Source: Octopus vulgaris (Eukaryota). Taken from it: 64,000 nt of DNA. Every line of letters begins with the position of its first letter. Positions within the stretch are counted from its first letter, which is position 1. Position numbers and translations under genes: made by a program. The DNA lies in NCBI GenBank assembly GCA_951406725.2, contig OX597814.1, positions 3,720,001-3,784,000 of the forward strand. Reading direction: 5' to 3'. The notes under the pieces were generated by a model, which saw only the letters and a list, made by a program, of their open reading frames with translations, had not been told where the DNA came from and did not search any database. Below, one piece after another: positions 26,212 through 41,137 of the stretch.

Positions 26212-27100
26212 TGGCAAGTTGGCCGAAACGTTAGCACGCCGGGCGAAATGCTTAGCCGTATTTCGTCTGCCGTTACATCATGAGTTCAAATTCCGCCGTG
26301 GTCCACTTTGCCTTTCACCCTTTTGGAGTCGATAAATTAAGTACCAGTTGCGCACTGGGGTCGATGTAATCGACTTAATCCGTTTGTCTGTCCTTGTTTA
26401 GCCCCTTGTGGGTAGTAAAAAAATAGGTATTTCGTCTGCCGTTACGTTCTGAGTTCAAATTCCGCCGAGGTCGACTTTGCCTTTCATCCTTTCAGGGTCG
26501 ATAAATTAAGTACCAGTTGCGCACTGGGGTCGATGTAATCGACTTAATCCGTTTGTCTGTCCTTGTTTAGCCCCTTGTTGGTAGTAAAGAAATAGGTATT
26601 TCGTCTGCCGCTACGTTCTGAGTTCAAATTCCGCTGAGGTCGACTTTGCCTTTCATCCTTTCGGGGTCGATAAATTAAGTACCAGTTGCGCACTGGGGTC
26701 GATGTAATCGACTTAATCCGTTTGTCTGTCCTTGTTTGACCCCTCTGTGTGTAGCCCCTTGTGGGTAGTAAAGAAATAGGTATTTCGTCTACCGCTACGC
26801 CCTGAGTTCAAATTCCGCCGAGGTCGACTTTGCCTTTCATCCTTTCGGGGTCGATAAATTAAGTACCAGTTACACATTGGGGTCGATGTAATCGACTTAA
26901 TCCGTTTGTCTGTCCTTGTTTGTCCCCTCTCTGTTTAGTCCTTTGTGGGTAGTAAAGAAATAGGTATTTCGTCTGCCGCTACGCTTTGAGTTCAAATTCC
27001 GCCGAGGTCGACTTTGCCTTTCATCCCTTCGCGGTCGATAAATTAAGTACCAGTTGTGTAGTGGGGTCCATATAATCTTGTGCTTAGAGTAGAAAAGAAT
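26212..27100 (+). repeat. Tandem array of 5 SINE family C units (169-184 bp period)
   Basis: Units restart at gtatttcgtct near 26258, 26427, 26596, 26780 and 26964. Confidence 0.93.
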
Positions 27101-27264
27101 ACGTTGTACATCTTTTAGAGCGCCAAATTTACTAGTAATATGGCTGAGTCATTCCTTAGTTTTACCCAGGAATGTACATAAGTGGACTCACACACACACA
27201 TTCATGTGAGCACATAAAAAAAAACGTATATACACGTATATTAAAGAATGTGGGTGTATGCATG

Positions 27265-27315
<51 letters not shown>

Positions 27316-27530
27316 TAGGCATATATTCACACACATATTTATAAATATATAGGTATGTACATATATATAAGTGTGTGTGTGTGTGTGTATGTATATATAT
27401 ATATATATATGTATATGCCTATATATTTATATATACAGACATGCATATACCCATATTCTTTAATATGCATGTATATATAAATATATAGGCATATGCATAT
27501 ATAATATATATATACAAGCATACATACATC

Positions 27531-27594
<64 letters not shown>

Positions 27595-27617
27595 CATACA
27601 TGTTTGGATACATACAG

Positions 27618-27652
<35 letters not shown>

Positions 27653-27781
27653 CATACTTGCATACATGTATACACATATCCATGTATGTATATATATACG
27701 CTTATATGCATATAATTTTATATATATATATACATATATGCATATATAATATATATATATATATACAAGCATACATACATC

Positions 27782-27827
<46 letters not shown>

Positions 27828-27955
27828 CATGTTTGTATACATACAGATATATATATATATACATACTTGCATACATGTATACACATGTCCATGTATGTAT
27901 ATATATGCTTATATGCATATAATTTTATGAATATATCTGTGTGTGTGTGTGTATA
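27265..27955. repeat. (TA)n-rich microsatellite with internal block duplication
   Basis: caagcatacatacatctatg and catacttgcatacatgtatacacat each occur twice. Confidence 0.88.
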
Positions 27956-28023
27956 GACACGGTGCAAGTAGGTGTTGATCGTATCGTCACAGCTGCAATG
28001 AGCATATTACTCTAATATATGAT

Positions 28024-28064
<41 letters not shown>

Positions 28065-28299
28065 GGCTCCATCTTAACGACGACATGACCGTTGTACATA
28101 ATGTGAAGGGGGGGAGGAGCAAGAGGGGGAGGAAAAAGGCGGGAAAGGGGTCTGCAGTAAATGCTTGTGTTTGGCGTTATTAACAACCGAGGTAACCTGT
28201 TATTATGTGCCCTACTATCAGATAATGGTATATCCACCTGTGGGGGCAATGGCCGTCCCCCCTGAACCCCACCTGGACAAACATGGAACATAATGTCTA

Positions 28300-28598
28300 A
28301 CACACGCATAAACACACACACACAGATACTATCATGCATCACCGCACTGGGGCATAAACACACACGCATTCAAAAACTAACACACATACACATACACACA
28401 CTCACTCATGCACACACACAGATGCTATCGTTCATGGTCACACAGGTGTATAAACACACACGTTCACACACTCGCACGCATACACAGACACACATATGCT
28501 ATCACATGTACAAAGTGATACAGGAGTACAAACATGCGTGCACACACACACACACAAAACACACACACACACACACACACACACAAAACACACACACT

Positions 28599-28629
<31 letters not shown>

Positions 28630-28648
28630 CACACACACACACACACAC

Positions 28649-28729
<81 letters not shown>

Positions 28730-28742
28730 CGCACACACACAC
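28300..28742. repeat. (CA)n microsatellite
   Basis: Directly visible. Confidence 0.92.
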
Positions 28743-29385
28743 TGACAGGCTGAGACTCGAACAAGAGAGAAAATACCCGATAGGCAGCCCCCAGTTGTCG
28801 GTAAAACGATTACATGTGAAGGGATGGACATATGGATCGCGTCCCAGCCTGGACACGTGATTCTAAGTCTGACCCCAATTGGTACTTACGATGTGTGTCG
28901 ATGAGACGCTAAGAAATTTCCTACGCTTTCCAGAGGTCGGAGTTTCAATCACTCGCTGGCATCGTGACCGTGGGACATTCAATATAATCTCGGAGAGATG
29001 GACAGTGGGCTGTGTGAAGGCACGTCCCCTACAAACTGTATTTGTTTCTTTTTTTTGTGTGTGTTATTGAAAAGAACAATCATATTAGTGTCTTCTACAT
29101 GTATCACGTGGATTCCACCCGAGAATCAGTCTCATTCTCGGCAACAGACCCCATAATTCAGTGAACAGGGAGATCATTGACTGATCAACTCCAATATTAT
29201 GGTCATTGATGTGTGTGTGTGTCATTATTCAGCTTTATTTCAAGATTTCTTGCCAACAGAGAACAAACCGGTTTCTAACCTTGATCCAAGGCTCCTTCAT
29301 TCGAATTTCAACATCAGTAACAGGGTAATTTTCTTTCTATGCATGTATGTATGTATGTATGTATGTATGTATGTATGTATGTATG

Positions 29386-29449
<64 letters not shown>

Positions 29450-29469
29450 GCTGTATATATATTTGTCCT

Positions 29470-29808
29470 GACGTCCTGGTTTTGTTATGATTGTTTTTAC
29501 GTTATTTTGTATTTTTATCCGTGCTATCTTTATTGTTTTTACGTATTTTTGAATTTTTTTTTTCGAGTAACATCGTCCGTTTTTCCGTCACCGTGTTGTA
29601 TACTTTCGAGGTTTTCTTCCAAGGAATCTAATGCGATTGGCTTAGATTTCCCTTGGCGGGCTGCCCAGATTGGAGCAATCTCAAGATTAATCAGCCGAAA
29701 TTGCGAAGATGATCTGGTTCTTGACTGATGACTGAGAGCTTGTGTGTTTTTTTGCCGTCTTCAAAATGTTTCACGTTCTTGTCCCAGTTTGTGTTTTTTT
29801 AACGTTTA
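29470..29808 (+). repeat. Unclassified interspersed repeat between (TA)n tracts; homologous to 2875-3225 (-)
   Basis: Pairwise similarity seen by eye. Confidence 0.55.
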
Positions 29809-29880
<72 letters not shown>

Positions 29881-30977
29881 TGTTTTTATGTATGTATGTA
29901 TGTATGTATATATTTCTCTCCTATTTTTTAATTATTATAAATCTTCTTCCACTGAGGAGGGAGCCGGTTTCTAACAAAGATACAAGGCTCCATCTATGGG
30001 ATGTAATTAACACAAATTCACATTTGGAACTTGAGAAGTCTTGCATATTTTTACTGTACGTATGTATGTATGTATGTATGTATGTATGTATGTATGCATG
30101 TATGTATGTATGTATCTATGTATGTATGTATGTGTGTGTGTATGTTTGTATGTATGTGTGTATGTATGTATGTATGTATGTATGTATGTATGTATGTACG
30201 TACGTACTACGTATGTATGTACGTATGTACGTATGTATGTATGTATGTATGTATGTATGTATGTATGTATGTATGTATGTATGTATGTATGTACGTACGT
30301 ACGTACGTATGTATGTATGTATGTATGCATGTATGCATGTATGTATGTATGTAAGTATGTATGTATGTATATGTGTAGATTTGTATGTTTTATGTATGTA
30401 TTCTCATGCTTATAGTTCCATATCTAGACTTGGTCATATATATTTAAATCATAAACTTCTGGAAGGTTTTACAATTCCAGTGAATTAGCTTTCTCCTTTC
30501 TGGTTTCGGGAAGCCTAATTTCTCAAGATATGTCTCTGTCCATTATTCGTTATGAGCGAACAGTATTTTGAACAGTATTCTTTCAAAATAGCCGATTGAT
30601 AGGGGAACCACTGACTTGTTAATTCTTGTTTTACTAATATCGAGAATGGGTGATTTTGTCTTAAGCATGGTTGCCAGCGGATAATTGTAACTGACGAAGC
30701 GCAAACAAGTAGAAATAGGTATTTAGCAATACCAGCCATGTTTTACGATTTTCGCTTGCTTCTAATGCTTTTCTGTGGAATTTTTTAACGCTATACGTCT
30801 ATAAGAGATGTTATAGTATTTCATATAGTAAATCAGCCTTTCAACGATGTATATGCTTTAAGTATGGTACACAAATGATTATGTGTGTGTGTGTGTGTCA
30901 TGTGTGTGCGCGCGCGTGCTTGTGCGTATGAAAATATGCACATACAATATAATATATATATAAAATTTATATGTATA

Positions 30978-31072
<95 letters not shown>

Positions 31073-31187
31073 TATGTATTAAAATGAATCTACATATATA
31101 TATAAACATATGTACGCATACATATACGTGTATGCATGCGTATGTAAATATACATATAAGTATATAAACACACACACACACAGATAA

Positions 31188-31241
<54 letters not shown>

Positions 31242-31307
31242 CAAAGAAAATTTAGAAAATGGAGATGTATCTTTAATATGATACTTATTATCTACAAAAA
31301 TCCGACA

Positions 31308-31628
31308 GGCGCAGGAGTGGCTGTGTGGTAAGTAGCGTGGCACCTACTTTGGATTTGGTAGACGGAAACTGAAAAGAAGCCCGGCGTATATATGTATATG
31401 TATATATGCGTGTGTGTGTTTGTGTGTCTGTGTTTGTCCCCCTAGCATTGCTTGACAACCGATGCTGGTGTGTTTATGTCCCCGTTACTTACCGGTTCGG
31501 CAAAAGAGACCGATAGAATAAGTACTGGGCATACAAAAGAATAAGTCCCGGGGTCGAGTTGCTCGATTAAAGGCGGTGCTCCAGCATGGCCGCAGTCAAA
31601 TGACTGAAACAAGTAAAAGAGTAAGAGT
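31308..31628 (+). mobile_element. SINE family A with internal deletion
   Basis: Head and tail intact; part of the B-box/core is missing. Confidence 0.9.
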
Positions 31629-31674
31629 ATATTATCTTACAGCTGTTTCAATTCAGCCTAAAGAGTTACATTAC

Positions 31675-32053
31675 AACAAGACCACACAGAGAGCGCAAAG
31701 CTCCGCTAAGGAAACACCAATGTCCTCTCAACGATTAGCCAGAGATGATTTTTAAAACGTGAATATCTGAAATAAACTCGACTGCTCTCACAAACGAGAA
31801 TACTAAAAATGAACCCGACTGCTCTGAAAAATTAATGGATAAAAAAAAAAACGGACAAAAAATCCAGAATCCTTGTCCAGTACCGGATCGATCCCCAAAT
31901 CTAGTCCGTTAGTGCAAGTCACGAGGTCAAACAGCCCTGAAAGTTCCATTCGAATCCATCCAGCGGCTCTTGAGATATCATGTCCATGGACAAACAAACA
32001 AACAAACACGACTGAAAACAATACCTCCGCCTTCCCTAAGGCGGAGGTAATAA
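31675..32053 (-). mobile_element. DINE-1/HINE-like (Helentron-associated) non-autonomous element
   Basis: Minus strand: ttattacctccgcctt-aggg-aaggcggaggta inverted repeat, then (GTTT)n, and near the other end a subterminal ccttagcggag plus stem-loop ending ..tcttgtt. No TSD seen. Confidence 0.65.
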
Positions 32054-32211
32054 TTAAATCATTGTATTAGACAAAATTTCATCAGAAGGGTAAAAACAGA
32101 CTCACCGTTAGGTTATTAGATATTGTTTTCAAATTATCTCAGCAGCCTGAATATTGCTTTGAGTATATAAATAGATACATTCTCACACACAGAGACATAT
32201 TTATATATACA

Positions 32212-32245
<34 letters not shown>

Positions 32246-32249
<4 letters not shown>

Positions 32250-32644
32250 ACTTGTTTCAGTCATTTGACTGCGGCCATGCTGGAGCACCGCCTTTAATCG
32301 AGCAACTCGACCCCGGGACTTATGCTTTTGTAAGCCCAGTACTTATTCTATCGGTCTCTTTTGCCGAAGCGCTAAGTAACGGGGACATAAACACACCAGC
32401 ATCGGTTGTCAAGCAATGCTAGGGGGACAAACACAGACACACGAACACACACACGCATATACATATATATATATACATATATACGACGGGCTTCTTTCAG
32501 TTTCCGTCTACCAAATCCACTCACAAGGCTTTGGTCGACCCGAGGCTATAGTAGAAGACACTTGCCCAAGGTGCCACGCAGTGGGACTGAACCCGGAACC
32601 ATGTGGTTGGTAAACAAGCTACTTACCACACAGCCACTCCTGCG

Positions 32645-32646
<2 letters not shown>
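32246..32646 (-). mobile_element. SINE family A, full length
   Basis: Well-preserved copy. Confidence 0.93.
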
Positions 32647-32680
<34 letters not shown>

Positions 32681-32852
32681 TGAGTACAACAAGGCACCAA
32701 TATTTACTGGAAATAGCAGTCGATACAAGTACGACGCTATTGTAAAGCTTCACTGCGTATTTACTGGGAAAGACGTGTGTGTGCAACAAACATGAAAAAT
32801 TTGTCTTACCTCCAGGAAGAACATTTGATAAACGGACACCCAGAATCGGATG

Positions 32853-32923
32853 ATGCAGGACTGGTTTCTGACTCTTCAAATACGTTTGTCAACGTAAATT
32901 TGATCAGTCTTCATCAGCTGCAT
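32853..32923 (-). ncRNA. Hammerhead ribozyme motif (type I, canonical core, GUC site)
   Basis: atgcag-CTGATGA-a-gact..tcaaat.tacgtt-gaca-aacgta.atttga..agtc-a-GAAA-ccag-TC-ctgcat; 6-bp stem I and an extended stem II. Confidence 0.75.
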
Positions 32924-33164
32924 TTACCTAGACAATATTTCAAATGTTGCCGCATCAATGCCAGTGCATATACACACATACATAGACACACATATGTGTA
33001 CATATATACATGTACATATGTCAGTGTATAAATATGATTGTATGTATTTGCGAATGTATGTAAGTGGTTTTAAAATTGATATATTTTGAAGTTTTGGTCA
33101 GACATGCAAATACGCACATGTGCACAAGTAACACAAATAATCAGACAGACAAGCATGAACGCCG

Positions 33165-33520
<356 letters not shown>

Positions 33521-33877
33521 GGAAGGAAGAGAGATGAGGTTGTGTAATGCCTGCACCCAGATTTGGTGAAAATACTTGACTTCAACGTCTCTCTGTCCCT
33601 TTCGCAGATAACTATCTCGAAATGATTGTCTGTCTGTCTGTCTGCCTGTAAGAGAGTTAAAAGGGTGTAGGGTGATGGATGGAGCGGGGCGGAGAGACAA
33701 AGGGGCCAGTGGGGCTCTCTTATCTCTCCACAACAGACACAATCTCTTTAGCATGGACCCTAATTCTTTGCAATATATTGTAATTGCAGTTCACAAGAAT
33801 TAATCAATGACACACTTTCTCCAGCGCCATTATCTATCACCACCACCAACACCACCACCAGTAACACTACTACTACG

Positions 33878-33929
<52 letters not shown>

Positions 33930-34673
33930 GCCATTAACGCTGCGGCCAGTACAAATATCACGCTATTCATTATCATCATCATCATCATCATCATCTTTGT
34001 CATCATCATCATCGTCATCATCGTCATCATCATCATCGTCATCATCGCCATCAACTCCACGTATAGAAAGATCATTTCCTAGCAACGCTACCCCACTCAC
34101 CGATACCGCCTTGCCTCAAGTACAAAGCACCATCATCATCATCACCATCAACTTTCTCAACAACCTTATCATCAGTATCATCACCATCATCATCCCCATC
34201 ACCATCACCACCTTCTTCATCTTCATCATCATCTTCATCATCATCATCCTCCTCATCATCATCATCATAATGGCTTAGATTCTCGAAAGAGGAATCAGGA
34301 AGAGAGTTGTTTGTGTCCCAGGCGAATGCAGGATAGGGAACTCCGTCTTCAGTAGCGACAAGGGCAAATCTCTCCTGGGTTTTTCACCTATTTCCTTTCG
34401 CCAGTTATTCGTGTGTTCTTGAAGGCTTTCGCCATCAGAGGCTACAGCAGGCCATTGTCAATACTCAGAGAGAAACGGACAACAATGGAATTCTTGAGAG
34501 ATTCTTCGGATTTGTTCTTCTTTATGTTCTTGTTACGGTAACTCGTGAGAGAATTCACACTACAGAACAATCTCGGCCCAGCAAAGATTCCCTGTCTTGG
34601 TTATGTCCCCCACCAAGAGCTACTGTATCCGTAATAGCATTGATGTGGCCCACCTTTGATGTTAGTAAGATAT

Positions 34674-36108
34674 GCAGGTGGGTAATAAAGTTCACAGGTT
34701 GACTATGAAGGAGTGATTCTAGAGCTGGGGAATCTTGCATGCATTCATTTCAACCTTTCTTATTAATAACTGCATTTCTGAGTTCAAATTCCACCGAGGT
34801 TGACTTTGCCTTTCATCCTTTCGGGGTCGATAAATTAAGTACCATTTGCGTACTGGGGTCGATCTAATCAATTGGTCCTTCTCCCCAAAAGTTTGGACCT
34901 TGTGCCTAGAGTAGAAAAGATCAATAACTACATTATTTCTTTCCTGGTAAACTGACATATACCTTAGAAAATTACAATTTTTAAATCTCACAACGAGAGA
35001 TATTCAGCAACAGTACTTTGGAGTAAAGATTGTTTGCCAACATAACATGGCAGTCCTGGTTTAGGATGAATGTTGCTGTAATTTAGCCCCAGGAGACATC
35101 GTCTCCAGCTGGCTATACGACACGACCAGTGTCCGTATATTTTTGAACAAAGGAATCTAGCACCACCACCCCCACTCAGCTCAAAACAATATCTGTGTAT
35201 CGCGATTTCCGGGTTATTTCTCTTCATCAGCACAGAATGATTGTTCGGCTAGAGGTGATGCTGCCAAATTCTCATTCGAAATATATAGTTTTCAAAGTGA
35301 CAACTAGATCAGTGACTAAACCAGGACTGCCATGTTATGTTTGCAAAAATCTTTACTCCTGACATCTAACTCTTCAAAGAAGACTTCAAATGTAACAAGT
35401 AGCAACTTCTCTTCAAAATCGACAAAATTTAGCATCGTGCTGTTATCAAGTGTCTGCAAAAAAGGAAGGGTTTAACCCCACCCAAGAACATTCATGCGGA
35501 CATGATTGCTACGTTAGAGGATGACATTTTAACATCAGAGCAAAAGTGGGCAGATGAATTTAGGAGAGGAAGGGAGAATCTCGGAGGTGACCCAGAGTCT
35601 GGACGTCCTGCAACTGCCACCACCGAGGAAAACATTGACCATGTTCATCACATGATGATGGATGACAAGCATGTGACTCTAAAACAAATAACCAATGCTG
35701 TTAGAATACCTCGTGAGAGAGTTGAGAATATTCTGCAGAATGAACTTGGCATGATGAAGGTTTCTTCTGCTCGGTGAGTGCCACGTTTTCTGAAACCTGA
35801 TCAAAAGCGCACCAGGGTCGATCACATCGCGAGAGAATCTGACATGGTTTGAGGCGGGTCCGGCTGGTTTCCTTGAACGTTTCCGAAACCAGGATGAATG
35901 TTGGGTTCGTCTCTTTGAGCCAGAGACACACAGACAATCCATGCAATTGGAACACCCCAACCTACCCTGCTCTTTTCATCTACAGGGCAGGTAAGAGCTT
36001 CAGCTTTTTGGGAGGCAGAAGGCATTGTTTATTGCCTATCTTCATAAGGGTCACGCCATCAACGGATAGTACCATGACAACTTGCTGAAGCAGTTACGGA
36101 AGTCTATC
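34674..36108 (+). mobile_element. Second copy of the 20100 mariner family, 3'-truncated, carrying two nested insertions
   Basis: Colinear with 20100-21300. SINE-C fragment at 34777-34922 (TSD aataact(g/a)catt); 400-bp insert at 34959-35358 (direct repeat ctgacat). Confidence 0.88.
35192..35236 (-). ncRNA. Hammerhead ribozyme-like motif (type I, palindromic stem III)
   Basis: tctgtg-CTGATGA-agag-aaataa-cccg-GAAA-tcgcga-TA-cacaga; 6-bp stem I, weakened stem II. Confidence 0.65.
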
Positions 36109-36257
36109 AGCCTTGTCACATTCTGTGTCACGCTGAATCTCCATGAGAACTACGTTAAGGGCATGCCCGTCAGCGGAGTACTCAGCCACTTGAACGTTAA
36201 ATTCACGAGCAGGCTGTTTCGTTGAACATTCATTGTCGTCGTAAGCGACGGAGATCC
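36108..36257 (+). mobile_element. SINE family B 3' tail fragment
   Basis: gccttgtcacattctgtgtcacgctgaatctcc..gtcgtaagcgacggag. Confidence 0.8.
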
Positions 36258-36404
36258 ACGTATAATATTTATAGATTATATGTAACTATAGACTATATGT
36301 AAGATTCCGTTCGTGTGTGGTGGCTGTGTGTTCAAGGGATGTTTTACATAGCGATTGTATCAGCAGCACCTGCAGCAAGTTCTTTGACGCAATCGTAACC
36401 ATCT

Positions 36405-37420
<1,016 letters not shown>

Positions 37421-37631
37421 CTTCAATAACATTGCCATCAACATGTGCATCAAGAAGAACAACAATAACAATGAGATAAAAGAAAAACATTTTGAAAACT
37501 AACAACAACAACAGCAACAACAACCACAAAATGTACATCAAACGAATCAGTGAACGTTAAACAGCAGCGTAAACAACAACTGCACAAACAACAACAGCAA
37601 TAACAACACCACGTGCAACAGTAACAACAGC

Positions 37632-37709
<78 letters not shown>

Positions 37710-37746
37710 ACGCGCTAATTTGTTCTGTGATGAATATTCCCGCAAA

Positions 37747-38042
37747 CATCACCGCCACCACCATCGCCGCCACCACCATCACCGCCACCACCATAAATGC
37801 CACCACCATCACCGCCACCACCATCACCGCAGCCACCACATTCACCGCCACCACCATCACCGCCACCACCATCGCCGCCACCACCATCACCGCCACCACC
37901 ATCACCGCAGCCACCACATTCACCGCCACCACCATCACCGCCACCACCATCACCGCCACCACCATCGCCGCCACCACCATCACCGCCACCACCATCACCG
38001 CAGCCACCACCATCACCGTCACCACCATCACCGCCACCACCA
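37747..38042. repeat. 15-bp minisatellite (accaccatcaccgcc)n
   Basis: Visible; variant units (cgcagccaccacattc) recur. Confidence 0.9.
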
Positions 38043-38229
38043 AACTATTACAAATTTCATCACTTCCATCGTGACCACCACCACCACTCTCATCACCACC
38101 CGATATTACTTTGTACGTGCGTCCAATCTAGATGGATTATGCAGATTACGAATTTGTGGTCTGTGTAGCTGAGTAGCCGAAATTATGGCCACCCCATATT
38201 ATCTTTTGCACCTGATCTAGCAAATGTTT

Positions 38230-38760
38230 TGTAGAGATACGATCTGTACCTGTCTGAAAGTTGAAAGTACTTGGCAGGGTTTGTTATTGCCCTTGATAAG
38301 ACGCTCTTATTCGTCACCTCTCTTATCGCATATTTGGACACAATCCCAGGGTGCATCTAAAATGCCATTCCAGTCACACTCTAACACTAATAAGTGGAAC
38401 TTTTCTCAGAATTACACTTCCATAGAACCCGTTCACTGTGCTCCTCGGTCGCGATATGATCGGGTACCAGCCTAAAGGTACCACCTTCGCTGCTTTGGGG
38501 TGCATGATCAAAGATTTACTGTATGTCTCCAGGGATTTACCCCATGCCTCGCGATCCGAAACAATAATGCTGTTCTTCTCGAACGCGGACTATTGAATGA
38601 TGCTCGCATTCATAAGTAGATGTGAAGAAACGAGATTGACTCTGTGCAGCAGATTCTAATCTCGTGACTACCCCTACATCCACCAAACTGAGGATATTTT
38701 GCAAGTGAACTGACCCAGGCCTCATTCTTTTACACTCACCCATCAGTATGACTTTGTTGA
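38230..38760 (-). mobile_element. Decayed L1/Tx1-like AP-endonuclease remnant
   Basis: Ordered motifs NILSLVDVGVVTRLE, GGTFRLV, LVLECDWNGILD (compare GDWN/GDFN) and YFQLSDRYR. Confidence 0.55.
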
Positions 38761-38924
38761 GTTGGAAAATGTGAGAGTTATTGAGGAAAGAGTCTTCTTG
38801 ACTGCGTCCTGGAATACCCTATTGTCTATTTACATATTTCTGTTGTCCTTGATATCAGTCTGATCGCCGCCTATTTCCTTGCTCCTTTGCTAATCTTTAT
38901 CTTTTTCAGAGAATTTTTCTACAT

Positions 38925-39033
38925 GACACCTTGGGCAAGTGTCTTCTGCTATAGCCTCGGGCTGACAAAAGCCTTGTGAGTGGATTTCGTACACGGAAAC
39001 AGAAAGAAGCCCGTCTTATATACATATGTATAA

Positions 39034-39132
<99 letters not shown>

Positions 39133-39352
39133 CATGTATGTATGTATGTATTTGTGTCTGTGTTCGTCCCCCCACCATCACTTGACAACCACGTCGGTGT
39201 GTTTACGCCCCCGTAACTTAACGGTTCGACAAAAGTTATCGATTGAATAAGTACTAGGCTTACAAACAATAAATGCTGGGTCGATTTGTTCAACTAAAGG
39301 TGGTGCCCCAGCCTGGTCGCAGCCAAATGACTGAAGCAAGTAAAGTAAAAAG
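38925..39352 (+). mobile_element. SINE family A, 5'-truncated
   Basis: Core, internal (TG)n and tail. Confidence 0.88.
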
Positions 39353-39876
39353 AAATAGTTAAATTGAAATGTATAAACACATTCCTAGAAGCTGGTAGGC
39401 AACAAAATCAGTGCTGGTTATAATTTCTGTGGAAACTCTGCAAAGATAGTTTTAACAAGTGATATAATAGCACTACTAACACAGAAGAACAAAGTATTGA
39501 CTTATAAAGACGTTTAATATACTTTGCAGTGTATCGTGGCTGCATAGCGATATACGATGTCCCAACACGCCATAAAGATTTACGCACCAGCTTCCAGGAA
39601 TGTGTTTGATATGTAAAATTGGTCAATCCAAAAGCGATACGCCGCTTCACTTAGTGGTTATTTAAGCAATCTGTTCGTGGATGATTAAGGGGTTAGATGG
39701 GTCCTAATGAGGGAGCAGGAACTCCTGAAATATGGTATATACGCCTATTACCCAATTTTCATCTTCAAACTCATTGTCGGTGATTGCATCAGGCGTCTCG
39801 GATACAAGCTGGTATCTAACAAAATCAGAGCTTGATATAATTTCTATAGAAAAATCTATAGAGATGAACTTAACAG

Positions 39877-39921
<45 letters not shown>

Positions 39922-39965
39922 AAGAGGCACATAATTTGATCGCCTCGTGTTTTATATATTGAAAC

Positions 39966-40044
39966 CCTGCTGAGGACGATTTCACCTAGCGAGTATATAT
40001 TATTTTACTTGCTAAACAAAAAATGAGAAACCAATTGGTCCAGG
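39966..40044 (+). ncRNA. Hammerhead ribozyme-like motif (type I, canonical core, GUC site, long stem II)
   Basis: cctg-CTGAGGA-..tagcgagta..tacttgcta..-GAAA-ccaattgg-TC-cagg. Confidence 0.65.
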
Positions 40045-40280
40045 AAACTCGATGGTAAAATGTTTGTATTTTTTCATTTCGTTCCTGTCGAATTTTATCC
40101 CTAATTTTGTGGTTATAGAACCTAGCTGTTCTTTCTAGCGTGTTGAATCCCACGAGTGGATTCCTTATGTGTTTAAATGTACACTGTATTTTATGACTAA
40201 TACATAGTCTTTAGACTAAATTTTTACCCGGTAGACCACTGGAAATGAAAATTTTAATTAATTTCCATTTCCCTTTGATA

Positions 40281-40323
<43 letters not shown>

Positions 40324-40949
40324 GCGCGCACACGCAAAAACGCATACACACGCACATATACGCATATGGATGTCTGAATATAAGACAAAGCGTAAATAAT
40401 GGTTATTACATATTTATTGTAGCACACTTGATTTAGAGCATTACACACACACGTGTATACTTATAAATATATATATATATATATATTATAAATATTTATA
40501 TATATATATATATATATACACATATATATCCACACACACACTTATACATATATATATGTGTGTGTATTAATGTTGCATTTTTTCTCGCATTTTCATGTTA
40601 TATTTTGTTTTAGTTTTCCTTCAACCTCGAAGAAATTGGTCACAGATGCCAGTATTACAAAGGCCAGAAATTCGTGGAAGAAAGTTGGAAACAGAAAAGG
40701 AATCTTGTTCAACAGCTGCTGGCTGGATTCCTCAGAGCAGGAGCCGGTTAAACTGACATTAAAATACGCTAAACGTGATCCGGGGCCGGGTTTCTACGGA
40801 CAAAAAAAATCTCAAAATATCAACGCACTTCTCCGTTCTCGAATGACAAGTCCTCATCTTTTAACCAAACACCGCGCCCCACACATAATCTTTAGATTCA
40901 ACCTCACTAAATTAGCTGGAACTCTCTCGCCACCGTTCCAACATCACAC

Positions 40950-41103
40950 CCACTCAAACACAGAGACATACATACATAAATATATACATACATACATATA
41001 CATACATACACACATACACACATACATACAGACATAATACAAACATACATACAAACATACATACATACATACATACATACACATACATACATACATACAT
41101 ACA

Positions 41104-41137
<34 letters not shown>

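Noticed and set aside
26212-27100. Regular repeat array superficially like CRISPR
   Set aside because: Units are whole SINE bodies without unique spacers; eukaryotic context and no cas genes.
30691-30724. CTGACGA...GAAAtaggTA
   Set aside because: Stem II cannot pair; likely chance.
37797-38168. Extensin-like SPPPP ORF
   Set aside because: A 15-bp minisatellite open in all three frames (Pro-, His- and Thr-rich); no signal peptide or splice support.
39400-39870. Possible Penelope RT remnant or exon on the minus strand (..DAITDNEFEDENW..)
   Set aside because: Similarity too weak to call by eye.
40558-41037. 159-aa ORF with an acceptor-like site at about 40613
   Set aside because: No recognisable homology, no donor found, and it runs into microsatellite; cannot be supported without RNA data.
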